Source: an uncultured Planctomycetia bacterium (GTDB taxonomy: Bacteria > Omnitrophota > Gorgyraeia > 1-14-0-20-64-10). From it: a stretch of DNA of 64,000 nt. The number at the start of each line of letters is the position of its first letter. Position 1 is the stretch's first letter. Positions 28,781 through 38,463 of this stretch are shown in pieces. The notes beneath the pieces were generated by a model. That model saw nothing but the letters and a program-made list of their open reading frames with translations. It did no database searches and had not been told where the DNA came from. The stretch is from contig CAZQXN010000004.1 of assembly GCA_964597545.1 (NCBI GenBank), forward strand, positions 6,683 to 70,682, written 5' to 3'. The translations under genes were made by a program, and so were the position numbers.

Positions 28781-29622
28781 CTCGTCGACTCGGTGACATC
28801 AAGTTCCTAAACTCCTGGCCGGTCACCTATGCCCTGCGCGCCGGCCGGGTCAGAGCTCCCTTCCAGGTGGTTTCTGGCATTCCGGCTATCCTCAACCGCA
28901 GGCTCCTGACCGGTGAACTGGATGCCTCGGCTGTCTCCTCTGTGTTGTACCTGCGCCATCAAGACGAACTGGTGCCGGTGCCGGGGTTCTGTATCCGTTC
29001 CGAGGGCGGAGTGGCCTCAGTCCTTGTGGTCAGCCGATCCCCCTTGGAACAGCTTAGGGTTAAGACCATCGGTGTCAGCAATCAAGGAGCGACCACGCCG
29101 GCACTGCTTAAACTGCTGCTCAAACGGCACAAGCTTCCCATGGAGCTTGAGGTGACCCCCCTGCGTTACCCCGAGATCCTCACCCACTATCCTACAGCCC
29201 TTTTAATCGGAGATGAGGCGCTGAAGGCCAGTCACGCAGAAGAGGGTTTGTTTGCATGGGATCTGGGAGAGGCTTGGACCGATTGGACACAGGCCCCGTC
29301 GGTTTATGCCCTCTGGGTGATTCGCCGGCAGGCAGCAGAACGCTGCCCCGAATTGCTGGATCAAGTGCAGGAGGCACTCCGGCGTTCCTTTGCTTGGGGC
29401 CAGAGTCATCCGGAAGCCTTAATGGCCGCCATGCAGGAGGCCTTTCCCTGCGAGGAGCAATTCCTCAAGCGGTATCTGGCTGGGTTGTCGTATGCATTGG
29501 ATGACAAGGCTTGGGAGGGGCTTACGCGCTTCGCTGAGGAAGCCGAGGCTGAGGGTCTCATCCCTCAGCATTGCGCCAGGACGCTTCCCTCCCGGCGGGA
29601 TGCGCTGGTGGCTGTCGGATGA
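28777..29622 (+). CDS. mqnA: Chorismate dehydratase
   Basis: LGDIKFLNSWP, GGVASV, LLIGDEAL and DLGEAW..WT..P.VYALW. Confidence 0.9.
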   Translation: MTRRLGDIKFLNSWPVTYALRAGRVRAPFQVVSGIPAILNRRLLTGELDASAVSSVLYLRHQDELVPVPGFCIRSEGGVASVLVVSRSPLEQLRVKTIGVSNQGATTPALLKLLLKRHKLPMELEVTPLRYPEILTHYPTALLIGDEALKASHAEEGLFAWDLGEAWTDWTQAPSVYALWVIRRQAAERCPELLDQVQEALRRSFAWGQSHPEALMAAMQEAFPCEEQFLKRYLAGLSYALDDKAWEGLTRFAEEAEAEGLIPQHCARTLPSRRDALVAVG

Positions 29623-30740
29623 GCCATTCCATCGAAAGGATTTTGGGTCGTGCCGCCTGCGGACAGTGCTTAAGCCGCGAGGAGGGAATCCTTCTGCACG
29701 AGGAGGCTCCGCTGATTGCCTTGGGGCGTGCCGCAGACGAACGCCGCCGCCAGCTTCACCCAGAGAACCTGGGCACCTTTGTGGTGGATCGAAACATCAA
29801 CATTACCAATGTGTGCGTAACCGGATGCACCTTCTGCGCCTTCTACCGAAGACCCGGGCATCCCGAGGCATACCGCCTCCCCACCGAGGAGATCCTGCGT
29901 CGCGTGGGCGAGTTGGTGGATGCCGGCGGAACCCAGGTCCTGCTCCAGGGGGGATTGGACCCGAAGCTGTCTTTGGCCTATTACGAGGAGCTCTGCCGCG
30001 CGATTAAGCAGCATTACCCTGCAGTGACCCTCCACTCTTTTTCTGCGCCGGAAATTGGTATGATGGTTGAGGCCGAAGGTCTTTCTGTTGAGGCTGTCTT
30101 GATCCGTTTGCGGGAAGCGGGTTTGGACTCTCTGCCGGGCGGAGGAGCCGAGATCCTCTCGGATTCGCACAAACAGGTTGTCTCACCCAAAAAGATGAAG
30201 AGTGCCGACTGGTTGGCTGTCCATCGAGCAGCGCATGCCATCGGCATGAAATCCACCGCCACCATGACGTTCGGCATGGAGGAGACAGCGGGTGAGCGGA
30301 TCGATCATCTGATTAAACTTAGACAACTTCAGGACGAAACCAAAGGGTTTACCGCCTTTATCCCCTGGAGTTTTCAGCGGGGCCACACCACGTTAAGCAT
30401 TGCCCCTGCCGGCGGGATGGAGTACCTCAAGATTGTGGCGCTGGCAAGGCTCCTGCTGGATAACGTCATCAACCTCCAGGCCGGTTGGGTCACGGAGGGG
30501 CCGAAGCTGTGTCAGTTGGCTTTGTGCTTTGGGGCCAACGACTTCGGAGGCATCCTGATCGATGAGGTCGTGGTGGGAGCGACCGGAATGGTTTACCGGG
30601 TAGACCGAGGAGAGGCCATCCGGATCATTCGCGCAGCAGGGCGCATTCCAGCACAGCGCAATACCCAATATGAAATCTTAAAGACCGGTGATCACCATGA
30701 CACTCGACGCCATCTATCAACCGATTCAATCACAGCTTAA
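29619..30740 (+). CDS. mqnC: Cyclic dehypoxanthine futalosine synthase
   Basis: VVDRNINITNVCVTGCTFCAFYR, LLQGG, FTAFIPWSFQ and FGANDFG. Confidence 0.9.
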   Translation: MSHSIERILGRAACGQCLSREEGILLHEEAPLIALGRAADERRRQLHPENLGTFVVDRNINITNVCVTGCTFCAFYRRPGHPEAYRLPTEEILRRVGELVDAGGTQVLLQGGLDPKLSLAYYEELCRAIKQHYPAVTLHSFSAPEIGMMVEAEGLSVEAVLIRLREAGLDSLPGGGAEILSDSHKQVVSPKKMKSADWLAVHRAAHAIGMKSTATMTFGMEETAGERIDHLIKLRQLQDETKGFTAFIPWSFQRGHTTLSIAPAGGMEYLKIVALARLLLDNVINLQAGWVTEGPKLCQLALCFGANDFGGILIDEVVVGATGMVYRVDRGEAIRIIRAAGRIPAQRNTQYEILKTGDHHDTRRHLSTDSITA

Positions 30741-31725
30741 AGCCGCTGAGGAGCTCTTCATCCAGGCGTTGGCCGTGGATCGCGGCCTGCTGGGTGAGAT
30801 GACTCGCTATGTCACTCAGATGCCGGGCAAGAAGATCCGTCCAGTTCTGGCCCTGCTGGGTTCGGCCCTGATTGAGACCAATGGCTCGACTTCCACGGGA
30901 CGCGAAACACCTCAGGAGCGCTGCGGTCCCGGGCAGGCCTCGACCATTCGATTGGCGGCTGCGGTCGAGATGATTCATACCGCCTCGCTCCTGCATGACG
31001 ATGTGATCGATGAAGCCGTACTGCGCCGGGGACTGCCCACGCTCCATGCCAAATGGGGAGATGCCCTCTCGGTACTCTCCGGGGATTATCTCTACGCCAA
31101 GGCATTTTGCCTTTTGAGTGATACGGGAGATCCTCGGATTTTGAGCTTGATGTCCAATACCGCCCGGATTGTCTGCGAAGGAGAGGTGACTCAGATTCAA
31201 CGCCGGTTTGATCTGAGCTTAAGCCGCGATCAATACCTCCAGATCATTCAGCGCAAGACCGCTTCTCTGATGGCAGCCGCTGCCGAGGCCGGGGCCCTCC
31301 TGGGTGGAGCTTCTTCTGCGCAGGCGAATCGCCTCAATGCTTTTGGGCTCAACTTCGGTATCGCCTTCCAGATCTTGGATGACATACAGGACTTGATCGG
31401 CGAGGAGACAGCGCAGGGCAAATCACTGGGGACTGATCTAACGCTTGGGCAAATGACCCTGCCGCTCATTTGCCTGAAAGAGACGGCCGATTCCAAAACC
31501 CAAGAGGTCCTCTCACGCTGTTTCAGTGGAGATGGCAATGGGTCTGGAGCGCCTGAACAGCATCTGGATTTCTTAAAGGCGCAGGCCATTCATTACCAGG
31601 TGCCGGAACGCTGCCGGCAGGTCGCCCAGGAGCATCTGAATCAGGCCAGGGCTGCCCTGGAGGTTTTTGGGGCCTCCCCCCACAAGCGCTCTCTCGAAGG
31701 ATTGGCCAACTACCTGGTGCAGTAA
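30697..31725 (+). CDS. Polyprenyl diphosphate synthase (HepT/IspB family)
   Basis: GKKIRP, EMIHTASLLHDDVID..RRG, KTASL and AFQILDDIQD. Confidence 0.93.
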   Translation: MTLDAIYQPIQSQLKAAEELFIQALAVDRGLLGEMTRYVTQMPGKKIRPVLALLGSALIETNGSTSTGRETPQERCGPGQASTIRLAAAVEMIHTASLLHDDVIDEAVLRRGLPTLHAKWGDALSVLSGDYLYAKAFCLLSDTGDPRILSLMSNTARIVCEGEVTQIQRRFDLSLSRDQYLQIIQRKTASLMAAAAEAGALLGGASSAQANRLNAFGLNFGIAFQILDDIQDLIGEETAQGKSLGTDLTLGQMTLPLICLKETADSKTQEVLSRCFSGDGNGSGAPEQHLDFLKAQAIHYQVPERCRQVAQEHLNQARAALEVFGASPHKRSLEGLANYLVQ

Positions 31726-31808
31726 AGGCAGCCGGATCTCCCCGGAAGAGCGCTGGGTTCCCCAGGGCGGCTGCCAGACTCCTTAGGTTCGCTGCCGATC
31801 ATTTCCCC

Positions 31809-31854
31809 TTGACGGTGCACCCCCCACCTGAGAAAATGAGACTCAATCTCAATT
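31809..31854 (+). promoter_or_regulatory. Promoter with overlapping Fur-like box
   Basis: TTGACG-17 nt-GAAAAT, followed by the palindrome TGAGA-N5-TCTCA (31837-31851) directly upstream of the fur-hemA-feoB operon. Confidence 0.65.
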
Positions 31855-31857
31855 ACA

Positions 31858-32370
31858 ATGCGACACACACCCGACATCACATTACTGCCTCAACGTGCTG
31901 GTAGACAGACGCATCTCAAGGAACGGGGGGATTCCATTCGAAGAACCTTCCGAACCTACTTGAGCCGCCGGGGTTTAAGCTTCACCCGGCAGCGTGAAGC
32001 GGTTCTGACCTGTTTCATCTCGGCAGGGGTGCACTTAGAGACCGAGCAGGTCTATGCCCGCCTTAAAATCAACAAGCCCTCGGTCGGCCGCGCCACTGTC
32101 TTTCGAACAGTACGGCTTCTCCAGGAGTGCGGATTGCTTACCGAGATCAGCCTCACAGATGGCCGCTCCCGGTATGAGCTCAAGGCCGACCGCCCCCATC
32201 ACGATCACTTGATCTGCGTGGGGTGCGGCCGGATCATCGAGTTTCAAAGTCCGGCCATGGAGCGCTCTCAAAACAGTGCCATTCGCCAGCACGGTTTCTC
32301 GGCCCTGTGGCACCGACATGAGATATTTGGGCAGTGCAAGGGATGTCAGAGAAGGGAATTGCACTCATGA
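31858..32370 (+). CDS. fur: Fur-family transcriptional regulator
   Basis: TRQREAVL, VGRATVFRTV, HHDHLICVGCG and terminal G.CKGC. Confidence 0.92.
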   Translation: MRHTPDITLLPQRAGRQTHLKERGDSIRRTFRTYLSRRGLSFTRQREAVLTCFISAGVHLETEQVYARLKINKPSVGRATVFRTVRLLQECGLLTEISLTDGRSRYELKADRPHHDHLICVGCGRIIEFQSPAMERSQNSAIRQHGFSALWHRHEIFGQCKGCQRRELHS

Positions 32371-33458
32371 CGCAGGATCACGAGGGACTTCCGATTTCCC
32401 CTGCTCAGGCGCCCGGCTGGAACATCGCGGTACTGGGTTTGAATCATCGCACTGCCCCTGTGGCGCTTAGAGAGCAGCTCTACTTTGAACCAGAGCAACT
32501 GCCAGTGGCCTTCAAGGCGCTCCGGGGAGAGTTGGGTTTGAGTGAGTGCGCTGTGCTCTCGACCTGCAACCGAGTGGAACTCTACGCCCTCTTGCCCCAG
32601 CCGAACGGTGCGCAGGCAAGGCTCAAGAACTTTCTGGCCCGATTTCACCGCGTGAATGTGCAAGGCTTAAACGAAGCGCTCTATTGGCACCTCCAACCCG
32701 ATTCTGTTCGGCACCTCTTTCGAGTTGCGGCAGGCTTGGATTCTATGGTGCTGGGAGAGTCGGAGATCTTGGGGCAGGTGAAGTCCGCTTATGCGGATGC
32801 GGTGACGCACAGCTCCGTGGGGCCGGTTTTCCACACACTCTTTCAAGCGGCCATTCGGGCGGGCAAGCAGGTGCGCGCTCAAACCCGCATCGGCCAGGGA
32901 GCGACCTCTGTCAGCTCCGTGGCGGTGGAGTTGGCTCGACAGATCTTCCAGGATCTAAGCACCAAGACCATTTTGATTTTGGGTGCCGGAGAGATGGTTG
33001 AGGCGACCCTCCATGCCCTTCGGGGGCAGGGGACAGGGTCGATCCTGGTTGCAAACCGCTCCGAAAAGAGGGCCCTCCCTCTGGCGGAGTCGGTGGGCGG
33101 ACACGTGGTTGCCTTAGACGCGCTGGATGCCACGCTGCCCCGGGCCGACATCGTCATCTGCTCCACCTCGGCCCGCACCTTTCTGCTGGAGAAGGAGCAG
33201 GTGTGTCGCGCCAGCGCAGCCCGAGGCAACCAGCCTCTCTTTCTTATCGACATCTCGGTTCCACGCAACCTCGACCCGGCGATCCGGCAGCTTGAGAATG
33301 TTCATCTGTATGACATCGATGATTTGGACGACATCGCCTCCTCCAACCGAAAGATGCGTTTGGGCGAGATGGATCGGTGTGCAGAGATCATTGAGCGCGA
33401 GACAGACTGCTTCTTGAGCCGTTTTCAACTTCGAGAGAGGGTGCCCCTCCTTGCATGA
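32367..33458 (+). CDS. hemA: Glutamyl-tRNA reductase (short form)
   Basis: GLNHRTAPVALRE, LSTCNRVE, GLDSMVLGESEILGQV, GAGEM and IDISVPRN. Confidence 0.93.
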   Translation: MTQDHEGLPISPAQAPGWNIAVLGLNHRTAPVALREQLYFEPEQLPVAFKALRGELGLSECAVLSTCNRVELYALLPQPNGAQARLKNFLARFHRVNVQGLNEALYWHLQPDSVRHLFRVAAGLDSMVLGESEILGQVKSAYADAVTHSSVGPVFHTLFQAAIRAGKQVRAQTRIGQGATSVSSVAVELARQIFQDLSTKTILILGAGEMVEATLHALRGQGTGSILVANRSEKRALPLAESVGGHVVALDALDATLPRADIVICSTSARTFLLEKEQVCRASAARGNQPLFLIDISVPRNLDPAIRQLENVHLYDIDDLDDIASSNRKMRLGEMDRCAEIIERETDCFLSRFQLRERVPLLA

Positions 33459-35433
33459 GTCGATGAACCCGGCCCCTGAGCCGCAGGACAAGACAACTTC
33501 ACTGGTTGTGACCGGCAACCCGAATGTAGGCAAGAGCGTCCTCTTTCAGCTCCTCACCGGACGCTACGTGACGGTTTCCAACTATCCGGGCACTACCGTT
33601 ATGACCTCTCGAGGCAGCGCTGTATTCGGGGGTGAGACTTTCTCTGTCTTCGATACCCCCGGCATGAACAGCCTCAGTGCCTCCTCAGAAGATGAGCTGG
33701 TTGCCAGGCAGCTTCTGCTGCACCGGCATACCAGGAGCGAGACGGTGCTTCAGGTGGGGGATGCCAAGAATCTGCTGCGCGTGCTCACCTTAACTTTGGA
33801 ATTGGCCGAGGCCGGCCTGCCGATGACCTTAGCCCTTAACATGATTGATGAGGCCAGAGAGCGCAGGCTCCAAATTAATGTTGAGAAGCTCTCCGAGCTT
33901 CTGGGTATTCCCGTGGTGGCTACGATTGCAATCCAGAGGCGGGGTGTGGATCGGCTCAAACGTGCCATCCCTCACGCGCGGTCAGCCAAAGCTTCTGTTC
34001 ACTACCCGACCGTGGTTGAAGAGGCAGCTGCCAAGATCGAATCCCTGTTTCCTGCTTCATTCTTTGGAAGGCGAGCGCTGGCGCTCCTGTGGCTTTCCGG
34101 TGATCAGGCGTTGATGGAAGAGATGCGCAAAGCGCTTCCTCCCGCGACCACAGAGGCAATCCATCGGTTGGTTGAGGAGGCCCAGCAGCGCTCTTCGACG
34201 CCACTGAAGGTCTTGATTGCGCGGGCACGGATTCGCCAAGCCCGACAGCTGACCGGCAAGGTCATGACCACGGCTTCTGCGCAAGGCGCGCCCAGGCTGC
34301 AGCCGCTCGGAGATCTTGCGATGCATCCGGTGTGGGGCCTCTTTGTTTTAGGCGCTGTATTGGCCGTTATGTACTATCTGGTCGGGGATTTGGCAGCTGG
34401 GCGTGCGGTTGATTTCTTAGAGAGTGTCGTCTTTGGGCGTTTCTTAATTCCGCTCCTTGAAGGGGGGATTCAGAGGGTCATTCCCTGGGTATGGCTTCAG
34501 GATTTCTTGGTCGGTGAGTATGGCGTATTCACCATGGCTTTGCCCTATGCCTTTGCGATCATCCTGCCCATTGTGGGGATGTTTTTCTTGTTTTTTGGTT
34601 TTATTGAAGATGTGGGCTATCTTCCAAGGCTTGCAGTGATGTCGAATCGGTTCTGCAGGCTTTTGGGTCTCAACGGCAAGGCGGTCCTGCCCCTTGTCCT
34701 GGGGTTGGGGTGCGATACCATGGCGACCATGACCGCGCGGATCCTCGATTCAAAGCGGGACCGCTTCCTGGTCACCCTGATCTTGGCGCTTGGCATCCCC
34801 TGCTCTGCGCAGTTGGGCGTGATCCTCGCGATGCTGGCGAGCCTGTCCCCTCTGGCCCTTTGGATCTGGGTCGGTGTTTTGCTGGCGGTGATCGTTGCAG
34901 TCGGCCAGACCGCGGCCCGGCTTGTTCCTGGAGAGGGGAGTCCCTTCTTGTATGAGATTCCACCCCTGCGCAGGCCCAAACTCTCCAACATTGTCATCAA
35001 AACCTTGGGCCGGTTGGAGTGGTATCTGAGGGAGGCAGTTCCGCTCTTTTTCTTGGGAACGTGTATACTGTTTTTTCTGGATGCCTTTGGGTGGTTGGCG
35101 CAGTTGGAGCGATTCGCAGCTCCCTTGGTGGTCTCTTGGCTGGGGCTCCCACCCGAGGCGACCGAAGCGTTCCTGGTTGGTTTCCTGCGGCGGGACTTCG
35201 GCGCGGCGGGCCTGTTTGCCCTTCAGCGTGACGGCATGCTCAGCGGCATTCAGGTCGTTGTCAGCCTCGTCACCATCACGCTCTTTGTGCCCTGCATTGC
35301 ACAGTTTTTCATGATGGCCAAGGAGCAGGGCTGGAAACGGGCAGTTGGCATTGCCCTCTTTGTCTTTGGGGTTGCTTTCTTGGTGGGGGGAGTGCTCTCC
35401 CGCTTGCTGACAACGCTTCAGATATCGCTGTGA
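33451..35433 (+). CDS. feoB: Ferrous iron transporter B
   Basis: GNPNVGKS, NYPGTTV, DTPG and NMID G-domain motifs; membrane part with EDVGYLPR, LGLGC and IPCSAQL. Confidence 0.96.
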   Translation: MHESMNPAPEPQDKTTSLVVTGNPNVGKSVLFQLLTGRYVTVSNYPGTTVMTSRGSAVFGGETFSVFDTPGMNSLSASSEDELVARQLLLHRHTRSETVLQVGDAKNLLRVLTLTLELAEAGLPMTLALNMIDEARERRLQINVEKLSELLGIPVVATIAIQRRGVDRLKRAIPHARSAKASVHYPTVVEEAAAKIESLFPASFFGRRALALLWLSGDQALMEEMRKALPPATTEAIHRLVEEAQQRSSTPLKVLIARARIRQARQLTGKVMTTASAQGAPRLQPLGDLAMHPVWGLFVLGAVLAVMYYLVGDLAAGRAVDFLESVVFGRFLIPLLEGGIQRVIPWVWLQDFLVGEYGVFTMALPYAFAIILPIVGMFFLFFGFIEDVGYLPRLAVMSNRFCRLLGLNGKAVLPLVLGLGCDTMATMTARILDSKRDRFLVTLILALGIPCSAQLGVILAMLASLSPLALWIWVGVLLAVIVAVGQTAARLVPGEGSPFLYEIPPLRRPKLSNIVIKTLGRLEWYLREAVPLFFLGTCILFFLDAFGWLAQLERFAAPLVVSWLGLPPEATEAFLVGFLRRDFGAAGLFALQRDGMLSGIQVVVSLVTITLFVPCIAQFFMMAKEQGWKRAVGIALFVFGVAFLVGGVLSRLLTTLQISL

Positions 35434-35645
35434 AATGCCCCCTCTGCGGATTTGCTTTGGATGCCGGAAAAGGTACCCCTTGGGCGTGTCAGCACTGTCC
35501 GCTGAATCGAGGCTGCGGGCTGCTGCGCTGCCCGAAATGCGGGTATGAATGGGCGGAGCAATCCGGGCTTGTCTGTTGGTTGCAACGTGTTGCGTATCGG
35601 TTAAGGAGACTCTTGGGTCATGGCCCTTCGCGAAGAAGAGATTGA
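35430..35645 (+). CDS. Small Cys-rich protein (FeoC-like/zinc ribbon)
   Basis: CPLC, C..CPL...C and CPKCG in 71 aa; coupled to feoB. Confidence 0.7.
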   Translation: MKCPLCGFALDAGKGTPWACQHCPLNRGCGLLRCPKCGYEWAEQSGLVCWLQRVAYRLRRLLGHGPSRRRD

Positions 35646-36315
35646 AGAAGTATTGGAGTTGTGTTGGGTATCGGCGGAGAACAACCAAGAATGGTTGGAG
35701 CGCCAGCAGCTGCCCGAGCAGCTGTTGTGCTATATGCCACAGCCCATGAGGTCCGATATGGGCATGGCGCAGGAGGCCATTGATCATGCCATTCAACAAG
35801 GCCTGATCGAGCAGAAGGGCGATCGCGTCCGCTTAAGCCCCACCGGCTCCAAGCAGGCTCACCAGATTGTTCGCCGCCATCGCCTCACCGAGGTCTTGCT
35901 CCACAACATCCTGGATGTTTCTGCAGAGTCGATGGAGACCACTGCATGCCAGGTGGAGCATGTCCTCAACGATGAGGTGACCGATGCGGTCTGCACCTTC
36001 CTGGGGCATCCGCCAACTTGTCCCCATGGCTGCCCCATCCCCAAGGGGAAATGCTGCCAGTCAGCGCGCTCGACACTCAAGCCCCTGATTGTTCCTGTGA
36101 TGCAGTTGGCTGTTGGAGAGAAGGGAACCGTTGCCTTTGTTCATACCAAACGGCACAATTACCTCCAGCGCCTTGGGGCCCTGGGGCTGGTTCCCGGGGC
36201 GTCTCTGTGCCTGAGGCAGACCGCCCCCACGCTGGTCATGGAGCTTGGAGAAACCGAATTGGCATTGGACCGTCAGGCAGGAGAGGAGATCTTTGTCAGG
36301 CGCCGCCCCTCCTAA
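35620..36315 (+). CDS. DtxR/MntR metal-dependent regulator with C-terminal FeoA domain
   Basis: VRRHRLTE, AC..EH, LGHPPTCPHGCPIP and RLGALGLVPG (FeoA). Confidence 0.9.
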   Translation: MALREEEIEEVLELCWVSAENNQEWLERQQLPEQLLCYMPQPMRSDMGMAQEAIDHAIQQGLIEQKGDRVRLSPTGSKQAHQIVRRHRLTEVLLHNILDVSAESMETTACQVEHVLNDEVTDAVCTFLGHPPTCPHGCPIPKGKCCQSARSTLKPLIVPVMQLAVGEKGTVAFVHTKRHNYLQRLGALGLVPGASLCLRQTAPTLVMELGETELALDRQAGEEIFVRRRPS

Positions 36316-36369
36316 AAGAGGGTGCGTGGTATACTGGATGCCTGCAGATAATCAAGCGAGACCCATACC

Positions 36370-36819
36370 ATGACACTCACTGAACAGATCGATCAAGACT
36401 TAAAGGGCGCACTCAAAGCCAAAGAGGCCCTCAAGCTCTCTGTTTTACGGATGCTCAAGGCCGCCGTCTCGAATCAACTGATTCAGAAGGGCGCAGAACG
36501 TCTGGAGGATTCCGAGGTGCTTGAGGTTGTTGCCAAACTCATCAAGCAGCGCGCAGAGTCCATCGAAGCTTTCACTCAGGGCAATCGTCCGGAGTTGGCC
36601 GAGAAAGAAAAACAGGAGGCCGAGATCCTCAAGGCTTATCTGCCTCCGCCCCTCCCCGAGGCGGAGCTGAAGGCCTTGATCCAGAAGGTCATTGAAGAGC
36701 TGGGGGCCAGCGGTCCCAAGGCGATGGGGCAGGTCATGAAGGCGGTCGTCCCCCAGGTGGCCGGCCGGGCCGACGGCAAGACCGTCAGCACCCTGGTCAA
36801 GACGCTGTTGTCCGCATGA
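36370..36819 (+). CDS. GatB/YqeY domain protein
   Basis: DLKGALKAK...LRMLKAA, KQRAESIEAF..GNR.ELAEKE and MGQVMK...GRADG. Confidence 0.92.
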   Translation: MTLTEQIDQDLKGALKAKEALKLSVLRMLKAAVSNQLIQKGAERLEDSEVLEVVAKLIKQRAESIEAFTQGNRPELAEKEKQEAEILKAYLPPPLPEAELKALIQKVIEELGASGPKAMGQVMKAVVPQVAGRADGKTVSTLVKTLLSA

Positions 36820-36989
36820 AGTGTGACACCTGCCACCGCGAGGTTCCAGAGGTCAGCCGAGTGGTGATCCATGTCGGCTACAACAAGGCTTTAACCAAAG
36901 CGATCTACAACTGTCCCGAGTGCTTTGCCAAGAAGGAACAAACCAAAGCGTATAACCAAGAGAAGTCGAGTGCCCAGCCCCCCCAGTAA
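36816..36989 (+). CDS. 57-aa CxxC...CxxC zinc-finger protein (not in the supplied ORF track)
   Basis: Manual translation [42 protein letters not shown]...*; ATGA overlap with the yqeY-like stop. Confidence 0.65.
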   Translation: MKCDTCHREVPEVSRVVIHVGYNKALTKAIYNCPECFAKKEQTKAYNQEKSSAQPPQ

Positions 36990-37599
36990 TCAGCCAGCAA
37001 CCCTTTCTGCATCCCCCTCAGCCACGGCGTTGGCCAAGAACAAACTGTTGATCGACCGCGAGATTAAGGCCTATGTGGAGAAGTACGACATGATCCGGCC
37101 TTTTTCCGACCGTCTCAACTCCGGAGGGATCATCTCCTGGGGGCTTTCTTCGATGGGCTACGACATCCGGGTGACGGACGAATTTAAAATCTTTACCAAC
37201 GCCTGGAACTCCATGGTGGACCCCAAACGTTTTGACGAACGCTCCTTCGTGACCTTCAAGGGGCCTGAGTGCGTCATCCCGCCCAACTCCTTTGTGCTGG
37301 CCCGCACCGTGGAGTATTTTAAGATCCCCAGAAATGTGCTTACTCTGTGCACCGGAAAATCGACCTATGCGCGCTGCGGGGTTATTGTCAACGTCACTCC
37401 TTTCGAACCGTCGTGGGAGGGCTATGCGGTCCTTGAGATCTCAAACACTGCCCCCTTGCCGGCCAAGATTTACGCCAATGAAGGGATTGCCCAGGTCCTT
37501 TTCTTCAGCGTCGAGGAGCCGTGCGAGATCTCTTACGGGGATCGCAAGGGCAAGTACCAGAAGCAGCAGTCAATCGTCCTGCCCAAAGTCCAGAAGTAA
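36970..37599 (+). CDS. dcd: dCTP deaminase
   Basis: [38 protein letters not shown] and YANEGIAQ. The start is uncertain. Confidence 0.93.
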   Translation: MPSPPSNQPATLSASPSATALAKNKLLIDREIKAYVEKYDMIRPFSDRLNSGGIISWGLSSMGYDIRVTDEFKIFTNAWNSMVDPKRFDERSFVTFKGPECVIPPNSFVLARTVEYFKIPRNVLTLCTGKSTYARCGVIVNVTPFEPSWEGYAVLEISNTAPLPAKIYANEGIAQVLFFSVEEPCEISYGDRKGKYQKQQSIVLPKVQK

Positions 37600-37606
37600 A
37601 TCCAAC

Positions 37607-37651
37607 ACCGGTACCGGGTACAATGTACCCGGTACAATGTACCCGGTACAT
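37607..37651. repeat. GGTACCGGGTAC-type REP-like cluster between convergent genes
   Basis: accggtaccgggtacaatgtacccggtacaatgtacccggtaca. Confidence 0.7.
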
Positions 37652-37659
37652 TTTTGGGT

Positions 37660-38274
37660 TTATTGGAGGATGGTTTTGGAGGCGACCTTACCCTCAGGGG
37701 TAAAGTCGTAGCGGATTGGCACCCCGGTCGGAATCTCCAGGGCCACCACCTCTTCGGGGCTTAAGTGGTCTAACTCCATGACGATCGAGCGCAGCGAATT
37801 GCCGTGCGCTGAGACCAAAACATTCTTGCCGGCCGTAAGCTCAGGCAGGATCTTCGACTGAAAGTAGGGCAGGGTGCGTGCTGCGGTGTCTTTAAGGGCC
37901 TCGCCGCCCGGCGGAGCGACGTCATAGCTGCGCCGCCAGAGCTTTACCTGCTCTGCGCCGAACTTCTTGCGCATCTCATCCTTGTTGAGCCCCTGGAGAT
38001 TTCCATAATGCCGCTCATTCAGTGCTTGGTCTTTGAGGGTGGCGAGGTCCTGCTGGCCCAGGATCTTTAAAATGATCTCCAGCGTCTCAATGGCGCGGAT
38101 TAAGACCGAGGTGAAGGCCACATCAAAGACAAGACTCTCCCCTCGGATCGCTTCACCCCCCTGCTTGGCCTCTGCGCGGCCTGCCTCGGTCAAGGGGATG
38201 TCGATCCAACCGGTGAACTTATTCTCCAGGTTCCACTGGGACTGTCCGTGACGGACCAATACGAGGGTTGCCAT
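37660..38274 (-). CDS. gpmA: 2,3-bisphosphoglycerate-dependent phosphoglycerate mutase
   Basis: LVRHGQS.WN.ENKFTGW, LNERHYG.LQG, WRRSYD and AHGNSLR. Confidence 0.96.
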   Translation of the reverse strand: MATLVLVRHGQSQWNLENKFTGWIDIPLTEAGRAEAKQGGEAIRGESLVFDVAFTSVLIRAIETLEIILKILGQQDLATLKDQALNERHYGNLQGLNKDEMRKKFGAEQVKLWRRSYDVAPPGGEALKDTAARTLPYFQSKILPELTAGKNVLVSAHGNSLRSIVMELDHLSPEEVVALEIPTGVPIRYDFTPEGKVASKTILQ

Positions 38275-38343
38275 AGGGCTTCTATTGTAAAGAGACAACC
38301 CCCCAGCTCCAATAAAAAATTTTCCTCTTTTTTGCCACAACCC

Positions 38344-38372
38344 TTGACATATGGGGAAGCGAGAGATATATT
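38344..38372 (+). promoter_or_regulatory. Sigma70 promoter
   Basis: TTGACA-17 nt-TATATT upstream of 38464. Confidence 0.55.
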
Positions 38373-38463
38373 CTTGTAATCTTTTTGGGTACCGTAGGTT
38401 GTGACAATAATAGTGCTTTAGGGTGGCTGGACTCCCCGGTGGCCCCCAAAGAAGGAGGCATGG

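Noticed and set aside
34750-35799. 349-aa antisense ORF and many other overlapping ORFs in the track
   Set aside because: These are shadow ORFs opposite or out of frame with well-supported genes in GC-rich DNA, with no recognisable motifs.
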